NCBI RefSeq assembly: GCF_009914755.1 | Contig: NC_060938.1 | Direction: 5' to 3' (one strand) | From: the human T2T-CHM13v2.0 reference genome, Homo sapiens | Length of the DNA stretch: 64,000 nt | Shown: piece by piece, positions 39,895 to 52,556 of the stretch | Layout of the letters: each line of letters begins with the position of its first letter | How positions within the stretch are numbered: the stretch's first letter is position 1 | Made by a program: the position numbers and the translations under genes | Notes under the pieces: generated by a model | What the model was told of the DNA's origin: nothing | Seen by the model: the letters and a program-made list of their open reading frames with translations, nothing else | Database searches by the model: none

Positions 39895-42790
39895 GAGAAT
39901 TCCAGCATGCACCAGGTTCACGGGACAGTGCGCGGTCACTGAAAGAAGAGTGGGGCGGGGAGGGTGGTGTGCGGCTGTGAGCACCTCTTGTGCTTGCTGG
40001 GAGATGTAGTCTTATAAAGACTCCCAGCCCTTTGGTCACAGGGCTGCAGCACCCCAATTCCAGCATACACCGGAATCAGAGACAGTGCGCGCCGGCAGAG
40101 GAAGAGGTAGAGCTGTGCGTGACTCGCTGGGCTTGATGGAAAATGTAATCTCATGAACACTCCTTAATGAACAGTGCGCCTCACTGGAGGAAAAGGCGGG
40201 GCTGTGCAGGCCTTGCTTTGCTTGCTGAGAGATGCTGTCTCATAAACACTCCCAGCCCTTTGGTCACAGGGCTGCAGGACTACATTCCCATCATGCACCG
40301 GGATCAGGGATAGTGCATGTGCCTGGGTGAAGAGACACAGTTTTGCGCGCCTCCTTTGGCTTCCTGGGAGATGTAGTTTCATAAAGACACCCAGACTTTT
40401 CATTACAGGGCAGCAGGACTACAATCCCAGTATGCACCAAGATCAAGGATAGTGCGCGTAACTGCAGAATGAGGCGGGATTGTGCACGCCTCGCTGGACT
40501 TGGTGGGATATGTATTCTCATAAACATACCCAACCCTTTGGTCATAGGGCGGGAAGACTACAATCCCAGCATGCACCTGGCTAAGAGACAGTGCCTGTCA
40601 CTGGAGGAAGAGGCGGAAGACTACAATCCCAGCCAGCACCGGGCTCAGGGAAATTGTGCGTCAGTGGAGGAAGAGGCGGGGTTGTGTGCTACTCGCCAGG
40701 CTTGCTGGGAGTTGTATTCTCATAAACCCTCCCAGCCCTTTCATCACAGGGCTGAAGGACTACACTTCCAGCCCCAGCATGCACTGGGCTCAGGGACAGC
40801 GCGCGTCACTGGAGGAAGAGGGAGGGCTTTGAGCTTCTAGCTGTGATTTTTTGGGAGATGTAGTCTCATTAACGCTCCCAGCCCTTTGGTCACAGAGATC
40901 CAGGACTGCAATCCCAACATGCACCCAGCTCAGGGATAGTGCGCTAATCACTGCAGGAAGAGGCAGGGCTGTGTGCACCTCCTGGGCGTACTGGGAGATG
41001 TATTCTCATAAACACTCCCATCCCTTTGGTCATAAGGCTGCAGGACTACAATCCTAGCATGCACCCAGCTCAGTGACAGTGCGCTAGTCTAAGGAGAAAG
41101 AGGCAGGGCAGTGTGCGCCTTGCTGGGCTTCCTGGGAGATGTAGTCCCATGGCCTCTCCCTGCCCTATGGTCACAGTGCTATAAGACTACAATCCCAGCA
41201 TGCATGGGGCTCAGGGAGAGTCCACATCACTGCAGAAAGAGGGGCAGGTTGTGCACACCTCGCTGCGTTTGCTGGGAGATGTTGTTTCATAAAGACTCTC
41301 AGACCTTTTGTCACAGGGCTACAGGACTACAATCCCAGGATGCATCGGGATCAAAGCAGTATGCGACACGGGGAAAAGATGCGGAGCTGTGTGCGTCTCC
41401 CTAGGTCTTCTGGGAGATGTGGTCTCTTGGCCCTTTGGTCACAGGGCTGCAGGACTACAATGCCAGCATGCAGCGGGTTCATGGACAGTGTGTATCACTG
41501 GAGGAAGACGTGGAGCTGTGCGTGCCTCGCTGGGCTTGCAGGGAGATGCAGTCTCATAACTACCCCAGTCGTTTGGTCGCAGGGCTGCAGCAGTACAATT
41601 TCAGCATATCTCTGGCTCAGGGAGAGTGCACTAGTCACTGGAGGAAGAGGTAGGTCTGTGCGCACCTCTCTGGGCTTGCTGGGAGAGGTAGTCTCATAAA
41701 CACTACCAGCCCTTTCATCACATCGCTGTAGGACTACAATTCCAGCATGCACGGGGCGCCGGGGCAGTCCGCGTCACTGGAGGAAGAGAAAGGCGTGTGA
41801 GCGCCTTGCTGGGCTTTCTGGGAGATGTTGTCTCTTTATTTCTCCCAGCCCTTTGGTCACAGGGCTTCAGGACTACAATCCCAGCATGCATCCTGCTCAG
41901 GGACAACGCGCGTCACTGTAGGAAGAGGTGGACCTGTGCTGTTCTCGCTATGCTTTTTGGGATACGTATTCTCGTAAACACTCCCAGCCCTTTGGTCACT
42001 GGGCTGCATCACTACAATCCCAGCATACATCGGGATCAGGGAGAGTGCGCTAATCAGTGGAGAAAGGGGCGAGGCTCTGCACACCTCGCTGGTCTTGCTG
42101 GGAGATGCAGTCTCATAAACACTCCCAGCCCTTTGGTCACTGGGCTGCAGCGCTACAATCCTAGCATGGACCGGGCGCAGGGAATGTGCGCGTCACTGGA
42201 GGAAGAGGCAGGGTTGTGCACGCCTCTCTGGGCTTGGTGGGAGTTGCAGTCTCATAAACACTCCCAGACCTCTCATCACCGGGCTGCAGGACTACAATCC
42301 CAGCATGCACCCGGCTCAGGGAGAGTGCGCATTACTGGAGGAAAAGGTCTAGGCTGTGGATGCCTCCTTCTGCTTGCTGGGAGATGTAGTTTCATAAAGA
42401 CTCCCAGAACTTGTGTCACAGGGCTGCAGGACTACCATCCCATTATGCACTGGGGTCAGGGACACGGCCCGTCAGTGGAGAAAGAGGCGGGGCTGTGTGC
42501 GTCTCCTTCGGCTTGCTGGGAGATGTATTCTTATAAACACTCCCAGCCCTTTGGTCAAAGGGCTACAGGACTACAATCCCAGCATGTGCCAGTCTCGGGG
42601 GCGAGGTACAGGCCTGGAAGAAGGGGCAGAGTGGTACACGCCCCACCTAATATGCTGGGAGCTGTAGTCTGTTAACTGCTCTCAGCCTGTTTGTCGGTAG
42701 GCTTCAGAACTATAATCACAGCATGTACCGGGACCCGGGGTGCATAGCCCTGGAGGGAGGGGCAGAGCGGTGTGGACTTCCCGGTGTCCA
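39895..42790. repeat. ACRO1-type satellite array, ~20 monomers of ~139 bp
   Basis: ggactac anchor recurs at 40277, 40416, 41043, 41324, 41870, 42289, 42429, 42568 (139-140 bp spacing); consensus GGACTACAATCCCAGCATGCACCGGGCTCAGGGACAGTGCGCGTCACTGGAGGAAGAGGCGGGGCTGTG...GCTGGGAGATGTAGTCTCATAAACACTCCCAGCCCTTTGGTCACAGGGCTGCA. Confidence 0.88.
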
Positions 42791-43120
42791 AAGCACTGCT
42801 GAGTTCTTATGCTATGCCGACTCTTTGCCAAGGAGAATGAGTACATAGGTGGACCTAGAGGACAGGTCTGCGCTGAGCATTGAGGAGGGTATTACCCTAC
42901 ATAGGCACCTTACCTTTGCCCAAATCGGGCGGGTTGTCCTCAACTGATTGGCCCTATCCTTCTCAAGTTCCTCTTTCAGCTGCACCCAGGGTTCTTTCCA
43001 GAGCATTGCGCCTTCTGCAGCCCAGGGCGCTACCTTCTTTCCTAAACTGCTGTGGAAACTGTCCTGATGTCTGAGACACTGTCCATTGTGCCGCAGCCCT
43101 CTTTTTTCTCTAGCCAAGCC
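42640..43120. promoter_or_regulatory. Promoter-like segment: terminal ZNF143-type sites, GC box, CCAAT box and a minus-strand splice donor
   Basis: gctgggagctgtagtc (~42654), gggcggg (~42927), ctgattggc (~42944), ccttacctt = AAG|GTAAGG on the minus strand at 42914/42913. Confidence 0.45.
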
Positions 43121-44629
43121 TCATGCTCAACAGCTTTTGAGAGAAATCTTCCACGTGGCCTGCTTATGAACAGCTTCAGAATTCTGTAGGGGTTGACAAG
43201 GTCTGTGGCTTCCTGGAAATGTCACTCTCAATGGCGCCTTTTTCACGAATGTGAAAGTTGAGGCATCAGGAAGGTTAATTATTGGGTTGCACAAAATCTG
43301 CTAAGAGCAAAGGAGAAAACCCCATTTCCGAGGCATGAGTCTTGTGAGCCATTTTCATCAACCCATTTAAGTGGACAAGCTCCAAAATGAAACCTGAAGC
43401 TGCTGACTATTTAGGCATTTTACACTTGAAATCATCGGTCTCATCTCAAGTCACTCCTGACTTGCCAGTGTCTCAGAAACACAAATGGGACCGGATCCCT
43501 CAGGAGCAGATAGTGTTCCAGCTTTGTTGGAGCGACATTTAAGATGTGGAGCACTTGGGGTCGTTTGAAACCCGCTATCTTCAGTAGGGACTTTTACTTC
43601 TAGAGAACATGTGCATTTTGATTTTATCTGTCCTCAAACTGAACTTTTGCTCATTTTAATAGTAAAAACACATTCCTAGGTGGAGACTTAAGATGCTAAT
43701 GAGACATGCAATGTATGCACAAATATGTACAGTTAGTGCACATGTGCACCCAGAAGACCACTCAAAACATGCTTACACTAACACTTCTTTCCACCTTCTT
43801 ATGAATAATCGTGCAAAACCCCCAGAAGGAGGGTTTCTCCAGTAACAATTAATGGTGTCTTACTCTTATGAGCAGCCTGCCCTGGAATCTCTTTCTCAGA
43901 ATGTACCGTCTATTCTGCACTTAATTTTCAAAGTAGTCTTTTCTTTTTTTGTGTGCAATAAATTACTCTATGCTGTACTTCTTTTGCTGTGTGTTTCTTG
44001 TTTAAATTCTTTTAAACTAAGAAAATAAGAATCAAGGTATTACATCAGCCATCAACATTTCTTTTGCCATGGCCTGGAGAGAGGTCTGTCCGCTTCACTG
44101 ATTTCACTTTCCCTTTACTTGCCGTGAATACTGTGGCACTTCCAGACTACCTGGTTAACTATCGCTGGTTCTTCCAGCACTGTTTCACTAAAGTTCTGGG
44201 GAAACCCTGTCCCTTTAGGCTTTATGCATTTCCCAGCTCCTTGAAATTGTTCTTCAACAGGCTTTCTTTGCTGAACAAAAGATGTACAGTCATGGATATG
44301 CCCAGTCATAGGGATTGAATCTGAGCATTGCAGGTGTTATAATTGGGCATCATAAATGGCAAACCACTGAATTAGGGAAAGGCTTGTCAGCCAGACATCT
44401 GCTCCCCAGCGAGCAGTGGGGGTCATCTCGGCAGGGCTGGAGATGTCCAGCGCTGGTGAGAGCTAGGACGGTGCATGGCAAATGCCTATGACCTCCTAGA
44501 GCTTCAGTTAATGGGGTTTCAAGGGGATGAGTTGGACAACTTGGTGGTTCCACTTGGCTCATGGGGCTGCCCACAGCCTCCTGGACTTTAGTACATGTTC
44601 TGTCGTTTGCAGGATTCTCTCGGCACCAT

Positions 44630-45370
44630 GGGAATCACTTCCTCTACTGTCACTGAAACACACCTGGGATGTATATTTAAAAATTGAAACAGCTTTTGGC
44701 TAAATGAAGCAAAAAAACAATTATCTTCTTTTGTAAAACTATTTAGCCTGCATACAGATTAGCTGACAAAACATGGCTGGAGAATGAGACTGTGAAATTT
44801 AACACCATCATACAGCTAGATCTTTTCTGTAGTAATCAGGGAAAATGGTCTGAAGTATCCTATGTGCAAGACTTTCTGGCCCGACAACAAAACCCAGCTC
44901 TATGCAGCACCTGTGGGCTAAAGCCTAGTAAGCCACAAAGCCCCTCAGAACCATTAGAAGATCATTTGTTTTATGGGCAAGGGACCCCAGACCCCACAGC
45001 CTAATACCAGCTCCAGATAGGGGCCCTCAGAGGCCTACACCTGCTTTAGAATCCCCAGCGTCCCCACACTATCAGAGTCTTCTGCAGAATCTAAGCTTGT
45101 TTAACCTCCTCCTTATGCTCCTCTATCAGCCTTGCCAGTTACAATAGAGACCAGTCCAGCTGCAGTTACTCACAGTGGAGCTTCACACCATGCAGGGCCA
45201 GAGAATTTGATCCGCTTACAGAAAGTCTCAAATGGAGAGAGGACCATCAGAGTGCTTGTTCTCTTCCCAGTAAATGATCTAATCCAATGTAAGCAACAGC
45301 TCTGATGGCTCTCAGACAACTTCAGCGCGTTTACTGAAGCCTTCCAGTCTCTAACTTTGACCACCATTCA
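44630..45370 (+). pseudogene. gag: ERV1 gag remnant (MA to start of CA)
   Basis: FNTIIQLDLFCSNQGKWSEVSYVQDF, the conserved class I ERV matrix motif. Confidence 0.85.
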
Positions 45371-45529
45371 ACTTTACCATCCATAAATGGACCCAATGAC
45401 TGCTGCCAACTCAGCTGCACAAAACTTTTTCTTATTTGCGAAAAATAGAAAAGACTTAAAACTTTTGCTGCTTTCACCATTTTAAAGCAGAATACTTTTG
45501 CAGCACAAATGTCACCATAAGGTGGAGCC

Positions 45530-46020
45530 TTGGGAATCCAGTATAAACTATCTCAGAAAATCTCAGTGTGTCCCCAACAGGCAGCAGAGGGCCTCAATAG
45601 ACTTCAACAACATCTGGACTCCATGGCCACTGCATTCCAACAAAATCAAAGAGCCTGGGATCTTCTCCCAGCCAAGCAAAGAGGAACATGTTTATATCTA
45701 AAAGAAGAATGCTGTTTTTTGAGATCAATCATTCTGGTTTATTCCAAGAAAATATTAATAATATCATCACCCAGGCAGACAAAATTGAATCTCTAGGAAC
45801 TTCCATGGGAACATGAAAGCGATGTCCATTGCCTGCCTTGCTCTCTTTAATAGTACCCGTCATTATTATATTTTCAACTTCTACTTTTGTTCCAATTTTG
45901 TTTAAAATGTTAACTGATTTCCTGCTATGTTGCTTGTGGCAGCTCCATGTTTGCATGATGGTTTGCAAGGCTTTCAATCTTTGGCTGCCAACATCTTCCC
46001 ACTGGTTCCACGAATGACAT
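45530..46020 (+). pseudogene. env: ERV1 env TM remnant
   Basis: LNRLQQHLDSMA...QQNQRAWDLL (ISD-like) and GTCLYLKEECCF (CX6CC), followed by a hydrophobic membrane segment. Confidence 0.88.
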
Positions 46021-46398
46021 GGTTTACACCCTGTTAGATCACACAGGAAGAAACTTTAAGGCCCAGGCTAGGCAGAAGTAACACCCACTCAGCAGGAAAC
46101 AGCTCCAGAAAAAGTGGTCTAACCCCTCAACCTCCAATATGGTTATTGCCCTAAAATCTCTTAGGGGGAAATTGAGGCAGAATAGATAGTACAGAAAATG
46201 ACCATGATCTCAGGATACAGAAACCATGGTGACTGTACAGCCAACACAATAAGCCGTAGCATTCGCATTGTAATTGGGCTTATTCGAGCAAAGCTATCCT
46301 CATTAAGGACTTTCTGTTCTAGAGAGCATGTGTATTTTGATTTCACCTGCCCTCAAACTTAAATTTTGCTTATTTTAATAGCAAACAATGCACCCCCT

Positions 46399-46703
46399 AG
46401 CCAGGCACGGTGGCTTATACCTCTACTCTCAGCACTTTGGGAGGCTGAGGAAGATGGATCACTTCAAACTAGAAGCTCGAGACTAAACTGGCCAACATAG
46501 AGAAACCCCGTCTAAATTAAAAATACAAAAATTAGCAGGGTATGATGGTGCATGCCTGTAATCCCAGATACTCAGGAGGCAGAGGCACGAGCATGGCTTG
46601 AACTCAGGAGGCAGAGGTGGCAGTGAGCAGAGATCACACCACTGCACCCCAGCTTGGGCAACACGGCGAGACTCTGTCTCAAACAAACAAACAAACAAAC
46701 ACA
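46399..46703 (+). mobile_element. AluS-like SINE inside the 3' LTR, (AAAC)n tail
   Basis: Full dimer; LTR homology resumes after the tail. Confidence 0.9.
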
Positions 46704-49700
46704 CAGAAATACACTCCTGGGTGGAAATATAAGATGCTAACGAGACATGCAACATATGAACAAGCATGTACAGCTACTGCGCATATGCACCCAGAATACC
46801 ACAGAGAACATGTTTACTAGCAACTCCTCTTCCCTCCTCCTTATTAATAATAATGTAAAACTGCCATAAAGGGGTTTCTCCAGCGACAGTCCACGCTGTC
46901 TCACTCTTATGAGCAGTCAGCCCTGGAGTATCTCTCTCAGGGTGTACTGTATTCTGCACTTAACTTTCAAATATTTTCTTTTCCAATAAATTATGCTGTA
47001 CTTTTTTTCTTTGTGTCTCTTGTTTAAATTCTTAAAATCTAGGAAGACAAGAACAGAGGTATCACATCAGTTGTCAACACAGCAATAAGTCAGCCTCCTT
47101 CTTGTAAGCATAGCCCATGCAGAAAAGGAGAGTCGCATCACCTCGGTGCTGGATCCAGAGGTATGTCACAATTTATCCCATGCACAAAGTTAAGGTCATT
47201 GAGGAGAGTCGTATTAAATAATTTCTGGGCCCAGGGATTTGTCACAACAGCTCCTGTGAGAAGAGATCAGGCAGCATAATCACATAACCGGTGTGCTGGA
47301 CACAGCGATAAGCCACCTTTCATCTGTGGGCATGACCCAGGCAAGAAAGAAGAGTCACGGCATTTAGGTGCTTGCTGCAGAGGTACGTAACAATCTCTCT
47401 TATGGGCAAAGCTCAGGTAAGAGAGAAGAGTCAAATATCCAAGGTGATTCATGTAGAAATTTGTCACAAGAGACTTTTTAGGCAGGGCCCATGTTGGATC
47501 TTCTTATCTTCCAGAAGTTAGGTACAGGGATATGTCAGAATACCCAAAATACACAGGGCTCAGTCAATAAAGAAGAGCCACATCACCCAGGTGCTGGGTC
47601 TAGACATATGTCACATCTCTTTTATGGGGAAAGCTCAGGTAAAAAAGGAAGGTCACATCAAATAGTTGATAGACCCAGAGATATGACACATTGCCTCCTG
47701 CTTGAAGTGTCTAGGCCAAAGACTCACATCACATTGGTGCTAGGCCTGTGTTCATATATAAACATTCAACCAGAGTTGAAATGGTGGCCCACATCTAAAC
47801 TCAGCTCATAGGCAAGGGATGAGTCTCCTATCCTGACATAGTTAATTGTAATGATGTTGACTCTCATCCCTGGGCCTAATGCTACAAGTATGATCATGGG
47901 TCCCTACCATTAGGAAGGTCTCAAAGTTGATTACGACTCTCATGCATACTGTATAGGGCCATTGGGTAGTACACAGAGCGTGCTAACTGGGCCGAGCACA
48001 CAGGTGAGATTGTCACACTCATATGCACACCCAGCCAACAGTAACTATTGTCATCCTCTCACGGGAACACAGGTCAGTCTGCAGAGGAATTGAGGCTGTC
48101 ATGCGCAAATCCAGTCTGGTGTTGAGATGGTTACTCGTGGGCTTAGACCCAACATACAGGAGGTGTTGAATGTCATGCCTACCACTGAGACAGTTGTGGG
48201 ATTGTTAATCTAATTCCTGGACCATTCTGCAGCTTCCATTGTGAAATTTCCCAGTGCCTAGCACCTAAGTGACTTGACGGGCTCGCATGGACCCAGCCCA
48301 CAGATGGGATATTAACATATTGCTGGATCCAGCACATTGAGGATGTAACTCTATTCTCCTTCCTTGGCACTGCCCACAGTGAGCAGTTTGACATATCGCT
48401 AGACCTTACACCCAGGTGATGTGAGTCTCCTCTTCTGCCTTGGCGCTGCCCTCAGGAAGCGTTGTTATATATAGCTTGGCCTCGCATCCAGGTTATGTGA
48501 CTCTCCGGCTTGTGCACTGCCCATATGGGACACTGTGTTAATATTGCTGGGTCCACTACTCAGGCTATGTAACCCAACAGCCTGGGCCCTGCCTTACAGG
48601 GGCATTGTGACATATCTCTGTGCTCATCAGCCAGGTGATGTGATTCTCTTCTCCTGCCTGGTCCCTTTACACAGAAGGGATTGTGACACGTTGCTGGGCT
48701 TAGCACCAAGTTGATGTTGATGTGAATCTTCTGCCTGGATCGACTTCACAGAAGGCATCGTGACATACCTCTGGGTGCATCACCTATTTGATGCAACTCT
48801 CCTCTCTTACCGGAGCATTGCCCATAAGAGAGATTGTGACATATCCCTGGGTCTAGCACTGGGATGATGTGAATTCTCCCTGCCTGGGGCATGCCCACAG
48901 AAGGAAGTGTGACTTATAACTGGGAACAGCACAGGGGTGATGTGATTCTTCTGCCTGGTCCCTACCTACAGGAGTCATTGTCAAATGTCTCTGGGCCCAT
49001 CATCTAGACTATGTGACTCTCTACTTCTTCCTAGGGCCTGCTCACATAAGGATTGTGACATATTACATGCCCTTCATCATGTGACTTTTCTCTCATGTCT
49101 GGGCTCTGTCTTGGAGATGAATGTGACACATAGCTAGGCCTAGCCCCTAGGTTCTGTAACTTCTCGTTTTTCAAAATCCTACCCACCAGGGGCATTGAAA
49201 CATCTCTCTGGGCACTTCACTTAGGTAATGTTGCCCTGTTGCCTGGAGCCTCCCCTCTGGGGGGTATGGTGACATATTGCTGGACACAGTACCTATGTGA
49301 TATTCTCTCCTTTCTTGCCTGGGCCTTGTATACATTATGTATTCTAATATACGGCTGGGTTCAATGACTAGGTGATGCAACTCTTATGCATAGACCCTAC
49401 CCACAGGGACATTATGACATTTCTTTAGCTCTGACTCTCCTCTTTTTCCTTAGCCCTGCCAAAAAGGGAGGTGGTGACATATAACTGGACCTAGCAACCA
49501 GCTAATATGAGTCTCCTCTTTTGCCTGCACCCAGCATATTTTAGGTGTTGTATCATATCCTTTGTCTCAACACCTGCAGGATGAAAGGCTCCTGCCTGAG
49601 CCCAGCCATCTGTCAAAATTGTCATTCTCCCACACGAACATGGACCATAATTGAGGTTCTGAAACTCACACCCAGAGGCAGTCAAAAGTTGGAAAATTGG

Positions 49701-51845
49701 CTCTTAAAAGTGGATGTTGTCCTTAAGTGGGTTTGTGACTCCCTGACCAAGATCCAAAACACTTGTGAGGCTGTGAATCCACTAAGATAACTCCGTTTTC
49801 AAAAGGGATTAAGGCTCTCATGGAAAAAACCCATTCCTCCATTGAGATTGTGACTTATGCACATAGATGCAACATACAGGAGGCGTTCACTCTCATACCC
49901 AGAACCGGAACTTATGTGGGATTGTTAATCTCATCCATGGACCTTCCTGCAGGTGTGATTCTGACGTACACCTCTAGCCAGCTCCTGAGTGATTTGACAT
50001 TTTTGCCTGGGTGTAGCCCACAGATGAGATTGTGATATATCCTTGAATCCAGCATCTAATTAATATGCTTCTATTCTCCTGTCTTGGCACTGCCCATAAT
50101 GGGTATCCTGACCTAACACTGGTCCTGGCACTTTGTTATGTGACTCTGTCCTGTGCTTTGCCCACATGAGCCATTGTGACATATTGCTGGGTCCAACACC
50201 CAGGTGATGTAACTCTTGTCTAGACTTTGCCTACAGGGGGCATTGTGACATATCTCTACACTGACCACCCAGGTGATGGGACTCACTTCTCCTGACTGCT
50301 ACCTGTTTATAGCAGGGATTGTTACAAATCGTTGCGGGCAGACTCTAGGTAATGTGACTGTCTTTTTACAGAGTGCTACCCACAGGAGCCATTGCAAAAT
50401 ATCTGTGGGCCTCTCACCTAAATGTAGTGACTCTTTGCCTGGGCTCATTTCTCAGGGGTATTGTGACATATGGCTGACCTCAGCACCGAGGTGAACTGAG
50501 TTTCTTCTACTGTAGGGCTCTGACCAAAGAGAGATTACAATGTATCACCGGGCCCAGCACCTGAGCTATTTGACTGTCCGCTCTTGGCTGCGCCCTACAT
50601 TTATTGTGTATTGTGACATATCACTGGGTCCAACACGTAGGTAAGGTGACTCACCTGCATGGGCCATTTCCCCATGGGTACTATGAAGTATTTTTTGTTC
50701 ATCACTTAGGTGATGCAACTCTCCTCTTTGCCTTGGGCCCCACATAATTTAGCTATTGTGATGTATCACTGTGCGAATCACCTAGTCAAAAGGAAGCTTC
50801 TACCAAGACCCTGACTACTGAGGGCCTTGTGACATAGCTCTGCATTTATCACCTAGAAAATATGATCCCCCCCCATTTCTGCCTGAACCCTGCTCACAAG
50901 AAAAATTGTAGCATATTTCTGGGCCCAGCAAACAGGTGATGTGTTTCACCTGCCTGTGCTTAGTTCACAGGGAAAATTGTGACATATCACTGGGCCCAGA
51001 ACCCAGGTGAGGTGACTCTGCTGCATGTGTCGTGCTTTCAGGAGGGAACAAGAACATATCCCTGGCAGAACTCTTAGGGATGTGACTCTCTTGCCTTGTC
51101 CCTGTCCTCAGGGAAGACTGCAACATGTCCCTGACACAGACCCAGGTGATGAGACTCTCCTGCTTCTGACTACCCAAATGTGAGATTGTCACATATATTT
51201 TGGCTTAGCATGTAGGTGTGACGATGACATTCATACCTTAAACCAACCAATAGCAGAGATACTTTCTCTCACAGCCAGGCTTAACAAAACTTGCAAAATT
51301 ATGGGTCTTCTCTTACTATGAAGGTCAGAGAAAGTAAGCACTCTTGCATATCCTGTAAAGCACTCAGATGGTACAGTGTCATCACAGGGCCCAGAACACA
51401 GGTGAGATTGTGTTCTCTGTGTGCACACCCACCAATCATCAGAATTCTCATTCCTACACAGGAACAGAGGTGATTAGGGAGGTCTAAATCTCATACCTGA
51501 ATGCCGTCCACAGTTGGAATTGTAACTATCATTTGTGAACATCCAGTCACAGTGGGGATAGTGACTTATTTCTGAACCCAGTTTACAGCCAAGTAAAGAT
51601 CCTCTTATCTGGATCCAGCCAGCTGGAGAGATGTTGACTCTCATACCTGGACTTATGGCCACAGGTATGATCATAGGTTCATATCAGCATGAAGACCTCA
51701 GAGTGGATTATGTTTAATGCATACTCTACAAGGCCCACAGGAGGTACATAGTGTCCTAACAGGGCCCAGCAAACAGGTGAGATTCTAACACTCATGCACA
51801 CTCTGGTGACAATAAAAGTTGCCATCCTCAAAAATGGGCACAACC

Positions 51846-52470
51846 GGCGTGGCTCAGTGGCTCACACCTGTAATCGCAGCACTTTGGGAAGCCGAGGCAG
51901 ACAGATCATGAGATCAGGAGATCAAGACCATCCTGGCCAACATGGTGAAACCACGTCTCTCTACTATTTATGATTATGATTATGATTATGATTATGATTA
52001 TGATTATTATTTTGAGACAGAGTCTTGCTCTGTCACCCAGACTGGAGTGCAGTGGCACCATCTAGGCTTACTGCAACATCCGCCTCCCGGGTTCAAACAA
52101 TTCTCTTGTTTCAGCTTCCCGAGTAGCAGGGAGTACAGGCTCATGCCACCATTCCCAGCTAATTTTTGTGTTTTTAGTGGAGACGGGGTTTCACCATATT
52201 GATTAGGCTGGTCTCAAACTCCTGACCTCAGGTGATCCACCCAACTCGACCTCCCAAAGTGCTGGGATTACAGGCATGGGACACTGTGCCTGTCCACCCC
52301 ATCTCTACTAAAAATACAAAAATTAGCTGAGCGTCATGGCACATACCTGCAATCCCAGCTACTCGGGAAGCTGAGGCAAGAGAGTTGCTTGAACCCAGGA
52401 GGCAGAGGTTTCAGAGAGCCGAGATCGCCCCACTGCACTCCAGCCTGGCGATAGAGTGAGACTCCGTCTC
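51846..52470 (+). mobile_element. AluS (outer) split by an antisense Alu
   Basis: Left arm 51846-51966; right arm resumes accccatctctactaaaaatac at ~52296. Confidence 0.9.
51967..52295 (-). mobile_element. AluSx-like SINE (inner, antisense) with a (TATGAT)n tail
   Basis: tatgat repeats then ttgagacagagtcttgctctgtc...; duplicated target tctctacta. Confidence 0.9.
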
Positions 52471-52479
52471 AAGGGACCG

Positions 52480-52489
52480 AAAGAAGAAA

Positions 52490-52556
<67 letters not shown>

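Larger units (their letters stand above)
43553..47079 (+). mobile_element. Internally deleted ERV1 provirus with MER83/MER84-like LTRs (5' LTR ~43553-44057, 5'-clipped; 3' LTR 46173-47079)
   Basis: Two homologous LTRs ending catcag...tcaaca; degenerate PBS after 44057; PPT agggggaaat at 46163-46172; gag and env remnants between. Confidence 0.85.

Noticed and set aside
41797-42675. 292-aa ORF and other ORFs in the 139-bp array
   Set aside because: Translation of a stop-poor GC-rich satellite; peptide repeats (NTPSPLVTGL..YNPS) drift between frames with monomer indels, the start is non-ATG and no domain is recognisable
39895-42790. CRISPR-like palindromic repeat array
   Set aside because: The whole monomer repeats, there are no unique spacers or cas genes, and the DNA is human
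42812-43117. 101-aa minus ORF (AREKRGLRHNGQ...) as a protein
   Set aside because: Non-ATG start, overlaps the promoter-like segment, reads through a splice donor and has no recognisable homology
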